A stretch of DNA of 63,621 nt, the filler included, from Chiloscyllium plagiosum (taxonomy: Eukaryota): assembly GCF_004010195.1 (NCBI RefSeq). It is 6 parts of one record of this genome, joined end to end, with 100 filler letters (N's around TTAATTAATTAA, not from the genome) between each part and the next. Parts side by side here need not be neighbours in the genome. Positions count along the whole stretch, not along the records: positions 11,480 to 18,302 come from NC_057717.1; positions 18,403 to 29,253 come from NC_057717.1; 4 more parts are not named here. One strand, given 5' to 3'. The notes beneath the pieces are model-generated. The model had not been told where the DNA came from. It did not search any database and saw only the letters and a program-made list of their open reading frames with translations. A program made the position numbers and the translations under genes. Shown piece by piece: positions 13,158-24,692 of this stretch; position 1 is the stretch's first letter, and every line of letters begins with the position of its first letter.

Positions 13158-13649
13158 CTTGACCTGTCCATCACCTTTCCCCCGTACCCACCCTACCAAC
13201 ATGATATACTGTGCCTGGACACACTGTAACATTAATGCGGTGAGAGACAGAGGGTCCAATCACAGGAATGGGAACTAAAGGCATTGCCAGATCAGCTGAA
13301 ATGGTTAGATATACCACATTCTCAATCCACCTCATAGAACCAGCCCTGACACCATCAACCCAGAGGAGATATCTGTTTACCGTGGAACACTGTGCAGACC
13401 AGGCCAGTGTGCTACTCAGTACAACCCAGCAATCTGTCCAGATTCATCCATTGCACTGGTCAATACAACGCAGCAAGCGGTCCAGATTGGAGCACTGCGC
13501 AGATCAGATCAGGGCATTGGTCTATAAACCCAGACCATATATCTGTCCAGGGCAGTGAGCTGTGCAGATCACAGCAGTGCATTATCTATAAAACTCAACC
13601 AGATAGTCTGACCAGCACAGCGACCTGCGCAGTGATCACCCGTGAATTA

Positions 13650-13842
13650 ATCTATAAACCAGGAGCAGTTACCCTCCCACCGTGTAGGACTGTGTACACA
13701 ACCCCACTGTATAGATCTGTAAACCAGGAGCAGTTACCCTCCCACCATGTAGGACTGTGTGCACCACACCAGTACATTGATCTGTAACCAGGAGCATTTA
13801 CCCTCCCAGCATGTAAAGCTGTGTACATCGCCCCAGTGCATT
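13650..13842. repeat. 65-bp tandem repeat, 3 copies
   Basis: ATCT(A/G)TAAACCAGGAGCAGTTACCCTCCCA.. starts at 13650, 13715 and 13780. Confidence 0.85.
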
Positions 13843-14579
13843 GCTCAGTAACATTGTGATAAATCACTGCCCAGCGTGAGGAAACTAGCAGCCCATGCTG
13901 GAAGTGCCGGGATGGGTAGCTCCCATCCATTTCCAGCTCCATCTCTCCATCGTGCCATGACAAGACGGTGCTATGGGTGTGAACATCACTGCCAGAGCGA
14001 GATGGCGGGCGAATCACTTTAAATATCACCACATGCGATGCGTTTGGGATATAAACAGAGAGGGGGAGACTGAGAGAAAGTGTCATGGAAGGATGTGTTT
14101 CCAGTTTTCAGAATGCTGAAGTGTAGACACTTCGATGACATCCTGTAACATGAGCCTGTCTTCCAGGAAAGATGGGAAAAAGGGATATTGGTGTGAGGTC
14201 AGATGAGCATTTGTTCTGCATCTTTGTAACTGGAATTAGTTTCAACCGAATCTATGATTCATTGGGCCGATTCTAACAATAATTTCTCTTTGTTTGATTT
14301 TCCTTGAGTGTGACAGAAGGATTGTCCGCACGAGGCTGAGCTAGTTTCCTGGTGCTATCGTATCGAACTCACCTCATTAACTGCCCAGCCCACCCTATGG
14401 TGTCCCTCTCATTCAATACCAGCCCGATTCTCCCACCCATCATGGCCGCAGTAACTCACCATCGCCCGGATTCCCCTGGATATTCCCTGATCCCTGGCGC
14501 TGGTGCCACCTTTAAAAGGCCAATGGGCACATGTTTGACCTTTCTCAGTTTGGAGTTGCCCTGCACCGTTTACTCCGAG

Positions 14580-15480
14580 CATGGCAGATATGGGGCAATT
14601 ACACCATTGTTTGTCGACAGGGACACGGAGTTCCTGGTGGAGGGCCTAGTACAGAGGGGACCATTCTCTTCCTAGAGTGGGGGGCACACCACCAGAACCA
14701 CCGAGCATGGCCTGAGCTCCCCACCCAGCTCAGTGCACTATCTGCGGTCTGAGGAAATGTCCAGCAATGCAGGACAAGCATCAATAACCTTCCCTGCTCT
14801 ATCAGGATAAGGGTCACCATATTCTCTCTGCTCCCTCACACTCACTTTATATCTGTTATGCCACCAACTCTCGAACTAGGTTCCTGTTCCACCACTCTCA
14901 CTGCTGCATGCAGCACCTTCTCGCTCTCTCTGTCTCCATCCACTTTACCCCCTGCATAGATACAACACTGTGGACTGACTCCCTCCGGACACTCCACCAT
15001 ACCTCGCCAACCCCCACCTACACCAGCACTAACAGCAGGGCCTCCCACTCCCTCCCTCCCTTCCTCCAATCCAAGAGAAACAGCCTGGAATAGCACAGGA
15101 AGGGCCAGGCCGGGCGGTGGGGTGCCCAATATCCGTTCCCTCACCACCCTCCCCCCGCCATGTGGGGAGGACCCTGGTATGAGTCGGAGAGGACCGGGAC
15201 GCCTCGTGTGGAGATGCTGAACCATCCACGTCCCACAAACCGAGTAAGGAGCAATGTTCAGTGAAGGGCAATTCTCACTTTAAACCCATTGGCAGCTCCG
15301 TTTCCCCCCGGCACATCTTAGAAGCCGGGGCCCTGATGCCATCTCCCTTTTGTGTTGAGCTGATACAAATGGAATCCCCACGGTCTCGATGGGCAGGAGG
15401 GTGGGCTCACAACACATCGTCACCACCACCTCCCAGGAAGGGAGCATGGAGGCTCCCTCCGACACCTCCCCCTGTAAATA
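14580..15480 (+). mobile_element. PIF/Harbinger DNA transposon relic: Myb/SANT-like DNA-binding gene fragment plus GC-rich downstream sequence
   Basis: Frameshifted TPLFVDRDTEFLVEGLVQRG..ILF..HRAWPELPTQLSALSAV*GNVQQCRTSINNL matches the Harbinger Myb/SANT pattern (PRFSxxxLExLV..AWxEVA..RxxxQCRKxxNDL). Right boundary uncertain. Confidence 0.65.
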
Positions 15481-15499
15481 GCTCAGATAATGAAACTAA

Positions 15500-15900
15500 T
15501 CTGTGATAGTTACTGCTGTCCCCACCTGTCCTGATATTTTCAATAATCTGTGCTCATCTACACCCAGCGCTCTTTGCTCCTGTACCCGCTTTATAATGGC
15601 ACAGCCTGTTTTAAACTTTCTTTCATTGTCTTTCCTACCAATGTGCTTTACCTCACACAGCTCTGCACTGATCCCCATCTGCCTTACACCTGAACACTAC
15701 ACCAACGTATCACTGTCCTATTGGAGTTCCACACTGTCCTCCATAGACTGCAGAGTTCTTCCAGGTTCGGTGCCACCTACAAACACTGAGATTGTTATAG
15801 CGTCACAGTCCCCACGAAACAACTGAAATCCTGCCCCATCCTCACGAGTATGAGCAAGTGAAATACTGCTATAGTCCCACAGGCAGAGTCGAATAATGAC
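15500..15900 (-). mobile_element. Degenerate CR1 LINE RT fragment
   Basis: ORF 15496-15678 ELCEVKHIGRKDNERKF..QRALGV is the CR1 KCEVMHFG/RDLGV region. Confidence 0.65.
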
Positions 15901-16022
15901 ATGCTGTCAATGGAGCAACAAAAGTCCTGACCCATACGAGACAGAGTAGATGAAATATTGACAATCCACAGAGCAAGAGAAATCCGGATAGGTCCCACTT
16001 ATCGATATTCATCAGGGTATAA

Positions 16023-16360
16023 TGTGATGAAGTTGAAAGTGTGTACTGTACCTTTAAGCGAGGGTGAATGCTGTTCTAAACTGAGAGCTTACAAACACCT
16101 GTGATACGAGAGGATGGCAGACCCAGAAACAGTATATTGTTATCGAGCTGGAGTCGGGTAATAAGCAGTTAAGAGGAAGAGGGTCCCAGAGTTGTGAACA
16201 GTTAATGTAAAATGTTCAATTTCAGAGTGAAAAAATAAATTGATGATTTTATTTAAACAGTGGAATTTGGCAGATCTGTCACGCATATTTTAACAGTTTA
16301 CAAGGCAAATTGAGCATTTCTTTATGTGTAGTTTAAGTTACCAGATGAGCTTCACGCAAT
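16023..16360. mobile_element. Probable LTR remnant
   Basis: Begins TGTGATG, like the solo LTR at 21596, followed by TGTACCTTTAAG. No clear matching 3' terminus. Confidence 0.35.
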
Positions 16361-16569
16361 GCCCTAACCATTCCCATGTGTGTGTATCTGTGTGTCTCTG
16401 TGAGGGGCAGGTCTGGCAGTCTCTGCGGTGTTTAAAGTGATGCAATGCCACCCTCTGCTGGCCTCCACACGCCACTGCACAGGCATTGGCAGAGGGTGAA
16501 AACCAACAGTTATTCATTCAGAGAGGGGGAGGGAGAGGGCAGCTGCTCACAGCACCATCCAAACTGATG

Positions 16570-17415
16570 TCTTATAAATGGACTGTTCTAAATGTCCTTT
16601 AAACATTATAACTGTCCCTGCTTTCGCCACTTCCTCTGGAAGTTCATTCCACACACAAGCCAGATTCTGTCTAAAATAATTACCTCTCATGACTTTTGGA
16701 AATCTTTTTCCTCGCACCTTCAAATATCCCTCAGTTTTGAATTCCCAACTCTAGGGAAATGACATCAGCCCTTTCAGCTTATCTGTACCCCTCATTATTT
16801 TATAAACCTCTGTAAAATTACTCCTTAATCTCATCCTCTCCAGTGAAAAACGTCCCAGCCTACCCAATCTCTCCTTATAGCTCAATCTCTCCTTTCCCAG
16901 CAACATCCAGGTTAAGCTCGACTGAACCCTCTCCAGTTTAATAATATCAAGGTCAATAATATCAAAGTGAATCGCGAAGGTATTTTCTAAGGGTGCGGGA
17001 GCACAATACTAGAGGACATAGGCTTAAGGTGAGAGGGGAGCATTTAAAAGTGACCTAAGGGGCAGCTTCTTCACCCAGAGGATGGTGTGCCGATGGAATT
17101 AGCGGGCAGGATGACCAGACTAGACGCAGTATTCCAGAAGGGACCTTACCAATGTTCAACACAACCTCAACATAATGCCCCAATTCCAATACTCAAAGGT
17201 CTGACCTATGAAGCCAAGTGTGTTAAGCACCTTCTTAACCATATTATCTATATGAGATTCAAATTTTAAAGAATTAAACCTGACGGCCTCGGTCTCTGTA
17301 TTACAACACTGCCAAAGATCCTACTTTTAATTTATAGGTCCTACTCTTCTTTGATTTACCAAATCCCATACCTCACTTTAATCCAAACTAAACTCCATCA
17401 GCCACCCCTCAGCCG
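16570..17415 (-). mobile_element. CR1 LINE 3' portion containing a short oppositely oriented CR1 fragment (~16975-17105)
   Basis: Minus-strand CR1 3' motifs are interrupted by plus-strand ACTAGAGGACATAGGCTTAAGGTGAGAGG (TRGHRLKVRG). Confidence 0.7.
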
Positions 17416-17987
17416 AATGTGTGATATTACTGCCACCTCACCTTCCCCCTTCAATTTTAAAATACCCACCCCTCTGCAGGAGGCCTGCACACTCCGGCCT
17501 TGATTTTCACAAAGACCCTGAGCTTGGGATGCCTTGTGTGATTAGGGGGAGGAGGGACAGATTGCAGAAACAGTAGGTGGGAAGGAGAGGCTGGACAGTA
17601 ATCACAGGCCTGATATCATTTCATTGTTTTAGGAAGAGGGCAGTCGCACGTTAGAGGTGGGTAATACTGATCGGTGTTGTGAGACCAGAAATTAAGCTTT
17701 TCATTGATCTCTGGTGTTCAGTAATAAATATCCATTTGAGACTTTTCATTGTGCAGAGTGTGTCTGCAGAATTTCTTTCCCTAATATTGCAGACTACAGA
17801 TAATAGCGATTAAAGTTGTTCACAGTTAATTTCGATAGTGTAGCACGTACACTCAATATCCTTCAGTTGAGACAAATATCTTGCATTTGTTTAACAATAC
17901 AAAGTGTTTTGTGTAATTCAGTAATGGTAACCTGATTATAATAAATCAACACCGAGCTGAAAGCGGGCATAACATATGACCCAAAAT

Positions 17988-18295
17988 CTGGGTATGGTAG
18001 TGTAGTGGGTAGTGTCCCTGCCTCTGAGCCAGATCTCTGGATTTGATTCCAATTCATGAACTTGTGTGGTAGTGTTCCTAGCTCTGGACTAGAAGGACTG
18101 GATTCAAGTCCTGTCTGTTGCAGAGGTATGTCACAGTATATCAGAACAGGCTGACGAACAAACACACAGGAGAATAATGTTACAGCTTTGTGGGTATTGC
18201 TGAGTGATACCAGTGCCCCTACTTCCGGGCACAAAGGTCTAGGTGTAAATCCCACAGAAGTGTCTCAGGATACATCTGAACAAACTGATTAAAAT
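17988..18295 (+). repeat. Three clustered tRNA-derived SINE heads
   Basis: Three variants of (GG)TAGTG(T/C)CCCT..CTCTG..CCAGA..TGG(A/G)TTCAA(G/A)TCC near 17995, 18065 and 18205, with A-box and B-box-like motifs. Confidence 0.55.
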
Positions 18296-18659
18296 GCATT
18301 TANNNNNNNNNNNNNNNNNNNNNNNNNNNNNNNNNNNNNNNNNNNNTTAATTAATTAANNNNNNNNNNNNNNNNNNNNNNNNNNNNNNNNNNNNNNNNNN
18401 NNTGTGTGTGTGTGTGTGTGTGTTTTAATCATGGAACTATCGATGATATATTTGCAATACCCGATCACTTTTCCATTCAGCTTTCCATCATAGTTTGAGT
18501 AACATTGCTGTGGATCATAAATGTGTTAAAGAAACTAGCCTGACTTGTTGCTAAAACTGTCCCTGACCCAGTCTCAGACCGATATCATCGGTCATATCAC
18601 CGACCTGGTTACATTTAACATTTGTTGTGAGCAGTGGAGCAGTGGGACTAGAAAAGGAA

Positions 18660-20100
18660 ACAGAGACCCAAAAAGCCGGGGAACTATGGACCGGTGAGCC
18701 TGATGTCAGTGGTGGGTATGTTGTTGGAGGGGATTCTGAGGGCCAGGTTTGACATACATTTGGGAAGGCAAGGGCTGATCAGGGTAGTCAACCTGTCTTT
18801 CTGCATGGGAAATCATGTCTCATTATTTTCGTTGAGTTTTATGAAGAGGTGACAAAGAAGATTGATGAAGGCAGTTTGGTAAATATTGTTTATGTGAACC
18901 TCAGCAAGGTGTTCATAACATTCCGATTGGTAGACAGATGAGTAAGGTTCGGTCATCTGGGATAAAGGGGAAGCGAGTCGTAATTGGCTTGAAGGAAGAG
19001 GGTATTTTTCTGATTGGAAGCCTGTGAGCAGCAGTGTGCTGCAAGAATCAGTACTGAGTTCACTGAATTTCATCATTTATGTCAAGGATTTGGATGTGAA
19101 CATTGGCGCCATAGTTAGTAAGTTTCCAGATTACATCAGAAAGGTGATGTAGTAGATTATCTCAGAGTACAATGAGACCACAATTAAATGGTACAAAGGG
19201 GCAAGGAGTGAGAGATGAAATGTAATTTAAATAAATGCGAGGTTTTGTATTTTGGGAAGGCAAATCAGGGTAGAAATTACACACTTGATGGTAAGGTCCT
19301 GGGGAGAGTTGTGGAACAAAGGGACATAGGGCTGCAGGTACTTTGTTCCTTGAAAGTGGAGTCGTAGGTTGACATTGGTGCAGTACACATTTGCCTCCAT
19401 CAGTAAGAGCATTGAGTATAGGAGTTGTGGGGGCATGTTGCATCTGTGGTAGTAAACTGGAGGAGCACCCATTAGAAGCTCACACAGACACGGGGAGAAT
19501 GTGCAAACTCCACACTGACAGTCACCTAAGGCTGGAATCGAACCCGAGTCCCTGGTGCTGTGAGGCAGCAGTGCTAACTACCGTGCTACCTTTTGGATGA
19601 TTCCCTAACCAGAATTCACTGGAATCTCCTCACTGGCTAAAACAAAAGGAATTCAGCCAAATCCAACTCTCCCAGGATGTTGGTGAGGCCACTTTAAGAA
19701 TACTGCGTGCAACTGGTTGTCTGCAGAAAAGATTTATGTGGATGTTCCAGGACTGGAGGTGTGAGCGTCGGGGAAAGGTTGATTAGGTTGAGATCGTTGC
19801 CCCAGGAGTGTCAGAGGTTGAGTGGTGACATTAGATGTATGGATATTCTGAAGAGCCACATTCTGATCCCAAGATAGGGGAGAGTGCGAATGATTTAGAA
19901 GGGACAGGAAGATAAATGTTTCAGACAGAGAGTTTTGTGTGTACAGAAATTGCTCCCAGAGGAAGTGGTCCAGGCAGGTACAATCACAGGAGGGATATTG
20001 ACCAAATGCTGGCAAATGGGATTAAATCAGATTTGATATCTGATCGGAGTGAACAGATTGGACTAACGGGTCTGTTCCCGTTCTGCGTGACTCTCTGATT
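18660..20100 (+). mobile_element. 5'-truncated CR1 LINE (RT to 3' UTR), interrupted by a SINE
   Basis: NYGPVSLMSVVG, KCEVLYFG and a CR1 3' UTR ending GACTCTCTGATTCTAT. Confidence 0.8.
19450..19592 (-). mobile_element. HE1/V-SINE 5' part (tRNA-derived)
   Basis: Minus strand GGTAGCACGGTAGTTAGCACTGCTGCCTCACAGCACCAGGGACTCGGGTTCGATTCCAGCC..GTGTGGAGTTTGCACATTCTCCCCGTGTCTG. Confidence 0.85.
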
Positions 20101-20999
20101 CTATAAGTGGAATAACGAAAAAATCAAGTGGGAATTCTCTTCACTGGAAGTTTTTATTGCGCCTCTATGTTCACATGGACTGAAAGCTGTGTTAGTTAAT
20201 TATTTGACAGGGAAGTGAGTCACAGATAATTGGACACAGACAGGAAAGTGGGGCTGAGACCATAACTTGATCAGGCACAATATCGGTGCCTGGTGGAGAA
20301 GTGTCAAAGTATCTAATGCCCACTCCTGCTCCTCAGTCCCATGTTTCTGTGTTCCATTCAGGCCCTCAGATCTGCTAGACAGGAACAGTTGGAGGCTACT
20401 TTCATCTATAACCTGATGCACAAAAATGGAGGAGACCATTCAGCCCTTCAAGGCTGTCACATGCTTTGAAGTGATTTGGGAAAGGTAATTGAAGAATCCA
20501 GGCGGCGTATGAAAGAGGCCCGTCTCTCTCTTTACTGAGCTTCCCGTCTCTGAAACATGTGTTTCATTTGGTGATCATGTATAGACCAAGATTCACTGTG
20601 AATATAGCCCCCACATCTCACCCAGAGATGTCTCACAAAATCCTCTGGCCTCCTGACTGCAATGTTCAGCAATTGCACATTTATGTCTATAACACCCACT
20701 AACCTTCCAATAACAGAATGGGAGAAGGTCAGAAACAGGGGCAGGTCATTCACTCCCCAAGCCTGCCTTGCCCTTCTCTAAGATCATGACTGATCTGCTC
20801 TTGGTCTCAAATCTTCTTTCATACACATTTCTTCATTGCCTCCATTCTCTGACAGGTCAATGTCCATTGACCTCCTCTTCAAATACTTTCAGTCACCTAG
20901 CTCCCCGAACAATCTTGAGAAAAGAAATCCTGACATTCAACACTGGCTATTTGAAGAAAACACTTTCTGCTCCTATACCATGGCCTCTTGATATGAACA

Positions 21000-21420
21000 A
21001 AAGAGGCTGACACAAGGGTTCAGGTAAAAATGACTGGCCCTGATATCAAGGCATTGGTTGCCTTCTGTTGACATCATGGAGCTTAACAAAACTGGACTTG
21101 ATGGGAATCAGACTAAACTGCCCAGTGTTTGGAGTCAGACATGGCACAAAGGAAGATGCTCATCATCTCAGTCCTGGGTCACCTCTGTGCGAGATCCTCA
21201 GGGTAGCTTCCTCTTCACAAACAGCTTCAGCTGCTTCATCAATGTCTTCCCGCCCCCACGCTCCCCACCATAATATCAGAAGTGGGGATGGTCACTGAAG
21301 ATTCCACAATGTTCAGAACATTTTGTGCCCACTCAGCTCCTGAACTGGTCTCTGTCCATGTGCAGCAAGACCCAGACACCACTCAGGTTTGTTCTGTTAA
21401 AGTGTCTGTAACATTCATGT
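21000..21420 (+). mobile_element. Decayed LINE RT fragment, probably the family at 1-830; inverted paralogue at ~50530-50960
   Basis: ALDIKA.., DPQGSFL..FSCFINV and TEDSTM (degenerate FADD) ..VQQD motifs. Confidence 0.6.
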
Positions 21421-21595
21421 AAATGCACTGCCTGAAACTCCATGTTGACACAGTAAAACAAGAGTTCATTCAGCAACTAACGCTGGTTTCACAGGAATAT
21501 GAGGAAGCCATTCAGCCCATTGACACAATTGGAGAAGAGCAGTGACAGCCCATTCAGTGCCTCCAGCCTATTACTCAGGAAGAGAAGGAGTCTAG

Positions 21596-22238
21596 TGTGA
21601 TGGACCACAGCAGAGACCCTCGAAAATGTTTGATGGCAATTGCCTAGACTCTAAAATTTTCATATTTTAAAGGAAATGTAAACTGTCTGTTCCAGATGCA
21701 ATGTGAATGGTCAAACTATTTGGTGAGAAACAAAACACCATTTATTTAAACATGGAAGATAAAATGAAACGAAAGAAAGGGGAATTTAGAATAACGTAAT
21801 TCTATTGGCCAAGTTAACAGAATAATAGATCTTGGAACTATTCCGAATGAACTGTTCCAATATAGGAAACTCCCAAAAACACAGACCCTGTCAAAAAGGA
21901 ATATTCAGAAACAGATTGTCACAAACAATTCTCCAATCCAGGAATTAAAAACAGCATCAAAAGAAAATTCAGACAGAGTAGCAGCCAGCAGACATCCACT
22001 GAAGCTTCCAACTCTGTGTTGACCCCATTAGTTTCTGATGTTGCTGAGAAACCAAAAACCATAGACCCTAATCTGTGAGAGCTGGCCACACCAATTCAGG
22101 CTGCATTAAAACAACACCAAGGCCTCCCCAGCTGTTTACTCCAGTGGTCTTAACGAGCCAGCTTGGGAACTATCGCTCAATCTCTCTCTTAAAAGAAACC
22201 AGGAGAAAATAACCTCTTAAAGCTGCAGCATCATCACA
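21596..22238. mobile_element. Solo LTR
   Basis: Termini TGTGATG...CATCACA form a 7-bp inverted repeat, flanked by CTAG and CTTG. Absent from the paralogous block near 50380. Confidence 0.75.
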
Positions 22239-22456
22239 CTTGTCAGTACATCGAGCTGTCAACAGGAACCAGGGGTAACCCAGTTAGGCCCTTGGCCCTG
22301 TCCAATCGGACGAGGAAGAAGCCAGTCAGTCCGTTGAGTCACTGACACAGCAATAGGATGACACCATTCAGCCCCTTGAGCCACATATAAAGGAACAGGA
22401 AGAGTCCATTCCCCCTCAAAGCACTTATACAGGGACAGAATGAGATACTTGATGCT

Positions 22457-22589
22457 GATTTCTGATGAATGGCTTATGCCCGAAACATCGATTCTCCCGC
22501 TCCTCGGATGCTGCCTGACCTGCTGTGTTTTTCCAGCAATCCATTCTCTATTCCAATCTCTAGCATCGGCAATCCTCTCTGTCTCCTAA
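22457..22589 (+). mobile_element. Penelope-like element 3' terminal fragment with hammerhead core motif
   Basis: CTGATGAATGGCTTATGCCCGAAACATCGATTCTCC..GATGCTGCCTGACCTGCTG, flanked on both sides by TTGATGCT (22449 and 22590). Confidence 0.8.
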
Positions 22590-22964
22590 TTGATGCTCTG
22601 ACGTGATGAACAAGTGGAGCAGAGGCTGCACAGACAGACTGCTCCACATTGTTCCTCCTGGCTCATGATACACACGTGGGACTTTAACGTGGTTTTCTAG
22701 TGGTGAGCAGGGAAGCCATATGCCTTGTGTGAAATCTCAAGAAGGCATCTTTCATCTCCGAGAAGACAGCCTGGTGTTCTCTATGTAGGGCGGAAGCTGG
22801 TGGGAATGGCTACCTGTTTCAGATGGAAGGTATTGTGGCTGCTTTTGGGGTTTGTGAGCAACATGCATTCAGTACGGGTTCACACATCAACTGCACAATA
22901 ACATTGGGAGAGTTCATCTAGGCATATAAACTATTACGAAAGTCACGATAGACTGATGCATAGA

Positions 22965-23175
22965 CTCTCTAAGTTCAAATAATGATGATATTATTCATGT
23001 TGATCTTGTCTACTTCATGTCCTGTTCAGTGTAACCTGTATGACTTTCTCTGTCCAAGTTTATTTTCTCCCTATGATCTGCATAGCCATGCTTCCTATGA
23101 CCTGCCTACACTGCTCATATATAAAAGGTTTCCCTGTACTGAGGTACACGTGGCAATAAATCAAACCATTTAATC
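22965..23175 (+). mobile_element. 3' end of a LINE or SINE, family uncertain
   Basis: Ends TTTCCCTGTACTGAGGTACACGTGGCAATAAATCAAACC, a stem-loop followed by AATAAA and a tail. Confidence 0.4.
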
Positions 23176-23539
23176 CTGCGTAGAGTATGGTATTTCTCAC
23201 TCTATCAATGTCTCTTTTGGAAATAAGTGATAGCTGCCACTCCTCTTGTTTCAGCATCACCATTTCTTCATCTCTCACAGCTCTACAGATTAAACACTCA
23301 ACGTCTTCACTCTAACCTCATGTTACCATCATCCGTGTCTGTGGTAAGGAGATCATTCCTTACAAAGGAGATCAAATCTGTACAGAGTGCCTCAAATGCT
23401 CTCTCAGTAAGGCTTTACAACAGCAGGAAAATGGCTTTACTTATGTACTCGAATCATCATACAATGAACGACAGCATACCATTGACTGCACCCATTACTT
23501 ACACTGTGTTTGATTCAAAGCAGTCCGCATAGACTTATG

Positions 23540-24692
23540 AGTAGGAGATCATGTTTCCCAAATTTGTTAGAGTTCTTTAATGAAGAGACCAAGAAAGTTG
23601 ACGAGGGCAGAGCGGCAGGCGTAGTCTCCATGGATTTCAGTAAGACTTTGATAAGTTTCCACATGGCAGGCTGGTCAGGAAGGTGACATCACGCGGAATG
23701 CTGGGGGGGACTGACCAATTGGATACACAGTTGGGTTGTTGATAGGAAGCAGAGGGTTGAGTGGAAGGATGTTTGTCAGACTGGAGGCTGGGTCCACTGC
23801 TGTTTGTTATCTATGATTTGTTTGAGAATGTACAAGGTATTATTAGTAAGTTTGCAGATGACAATAAAGTAAGTGGGAGCATGATCAGTGAAGAAGTTTC
23901 TCAGAAACTGCAGCAGGACCTTAATCAGGTGGGGAGGTGGGCCGAGAAATGACAAATGGAATTTAATATTGTTGTGTGAGGTCTTGCATTTTGGAAACAC
24001 AAATCAAGGTAGGAGTTTCATGGTGAATGGAAGGGTCTTAAAGGGTGTAGTGGGTAGAGAGACCTTGGTGTTCAGGTGTACACATTTCTCTTTGAGTGCA
24101 GTCAAAGGTAGACAGGGCACTGAAGAAGGCTTTTGGAACATTGGCCTTCATCAGGCAGGATATTAAGTATAGAAGTTGGGAATTTATTTTCAGTTACCCA
24201 GGAATTTGGAAAGGCCGCACTTGGCGTAATGTGTTCAGTTTTGTCACGTTGTTATAGGGAGCATATTATTACATTAGAATGAGTGCAGAAGAAATTTACA
24301 AAGACGTTGCCAGGACCCAATGGTCTGAGTTATAGGGAGAGTTTGGACAAGCTAGGACATTTTGTTTAGCGTGTTGGAGACTGAGGGAGTCCTTCTAGAG
24401 CTGTATAAGATCACGAGGGGTATGGATAGGGTTAATGCTCTCAGCCTTTTTCCAAGGTATAGAGAATCAACGACTGGATGGGATCAGTTTAAGGTTAAAG
24501 GGGAAGGAATAAAAGGGAACCCAAGGGACCACTTCTTTATACAGAGTATGGTACGTGGATGAGCTGCCAGCAGATGTGGTTGGTGGGAGGTACATTACAA
24601 CATTTCAAACGCATTTGGATAAACATGTGGAGAGGAAAGGACTGGAAGGATATGGGCCAGCTGCAGGGAAATGGGGTGAGTGTGCATGGACA
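23540..24692 (+). mobile_element. 5'-truncated CR1 LINE (RT to 3' UTR)
   Basis: MDFSK, LGPLLFVI..ISKFADDNKV, CEVLHFG and LYKITRGMDRV motifs. Confidence 0.85.

Noticed and set aside
13652..14086. 144-aa minus-strand ORF as GPCR exon 1
   Set aside because: No hydrophobic TM1 segment or suitable donor. It runs through a 65-bp repeat, and the paralogue at ~44440-44760 does not appear to keep the frame.
16640..17105. Long hairpin from oppositely oriented CR1 pieces
   Set aside because: The arms come from diverged copies with low complementarity, which is ordinary nested-repeat geometry.
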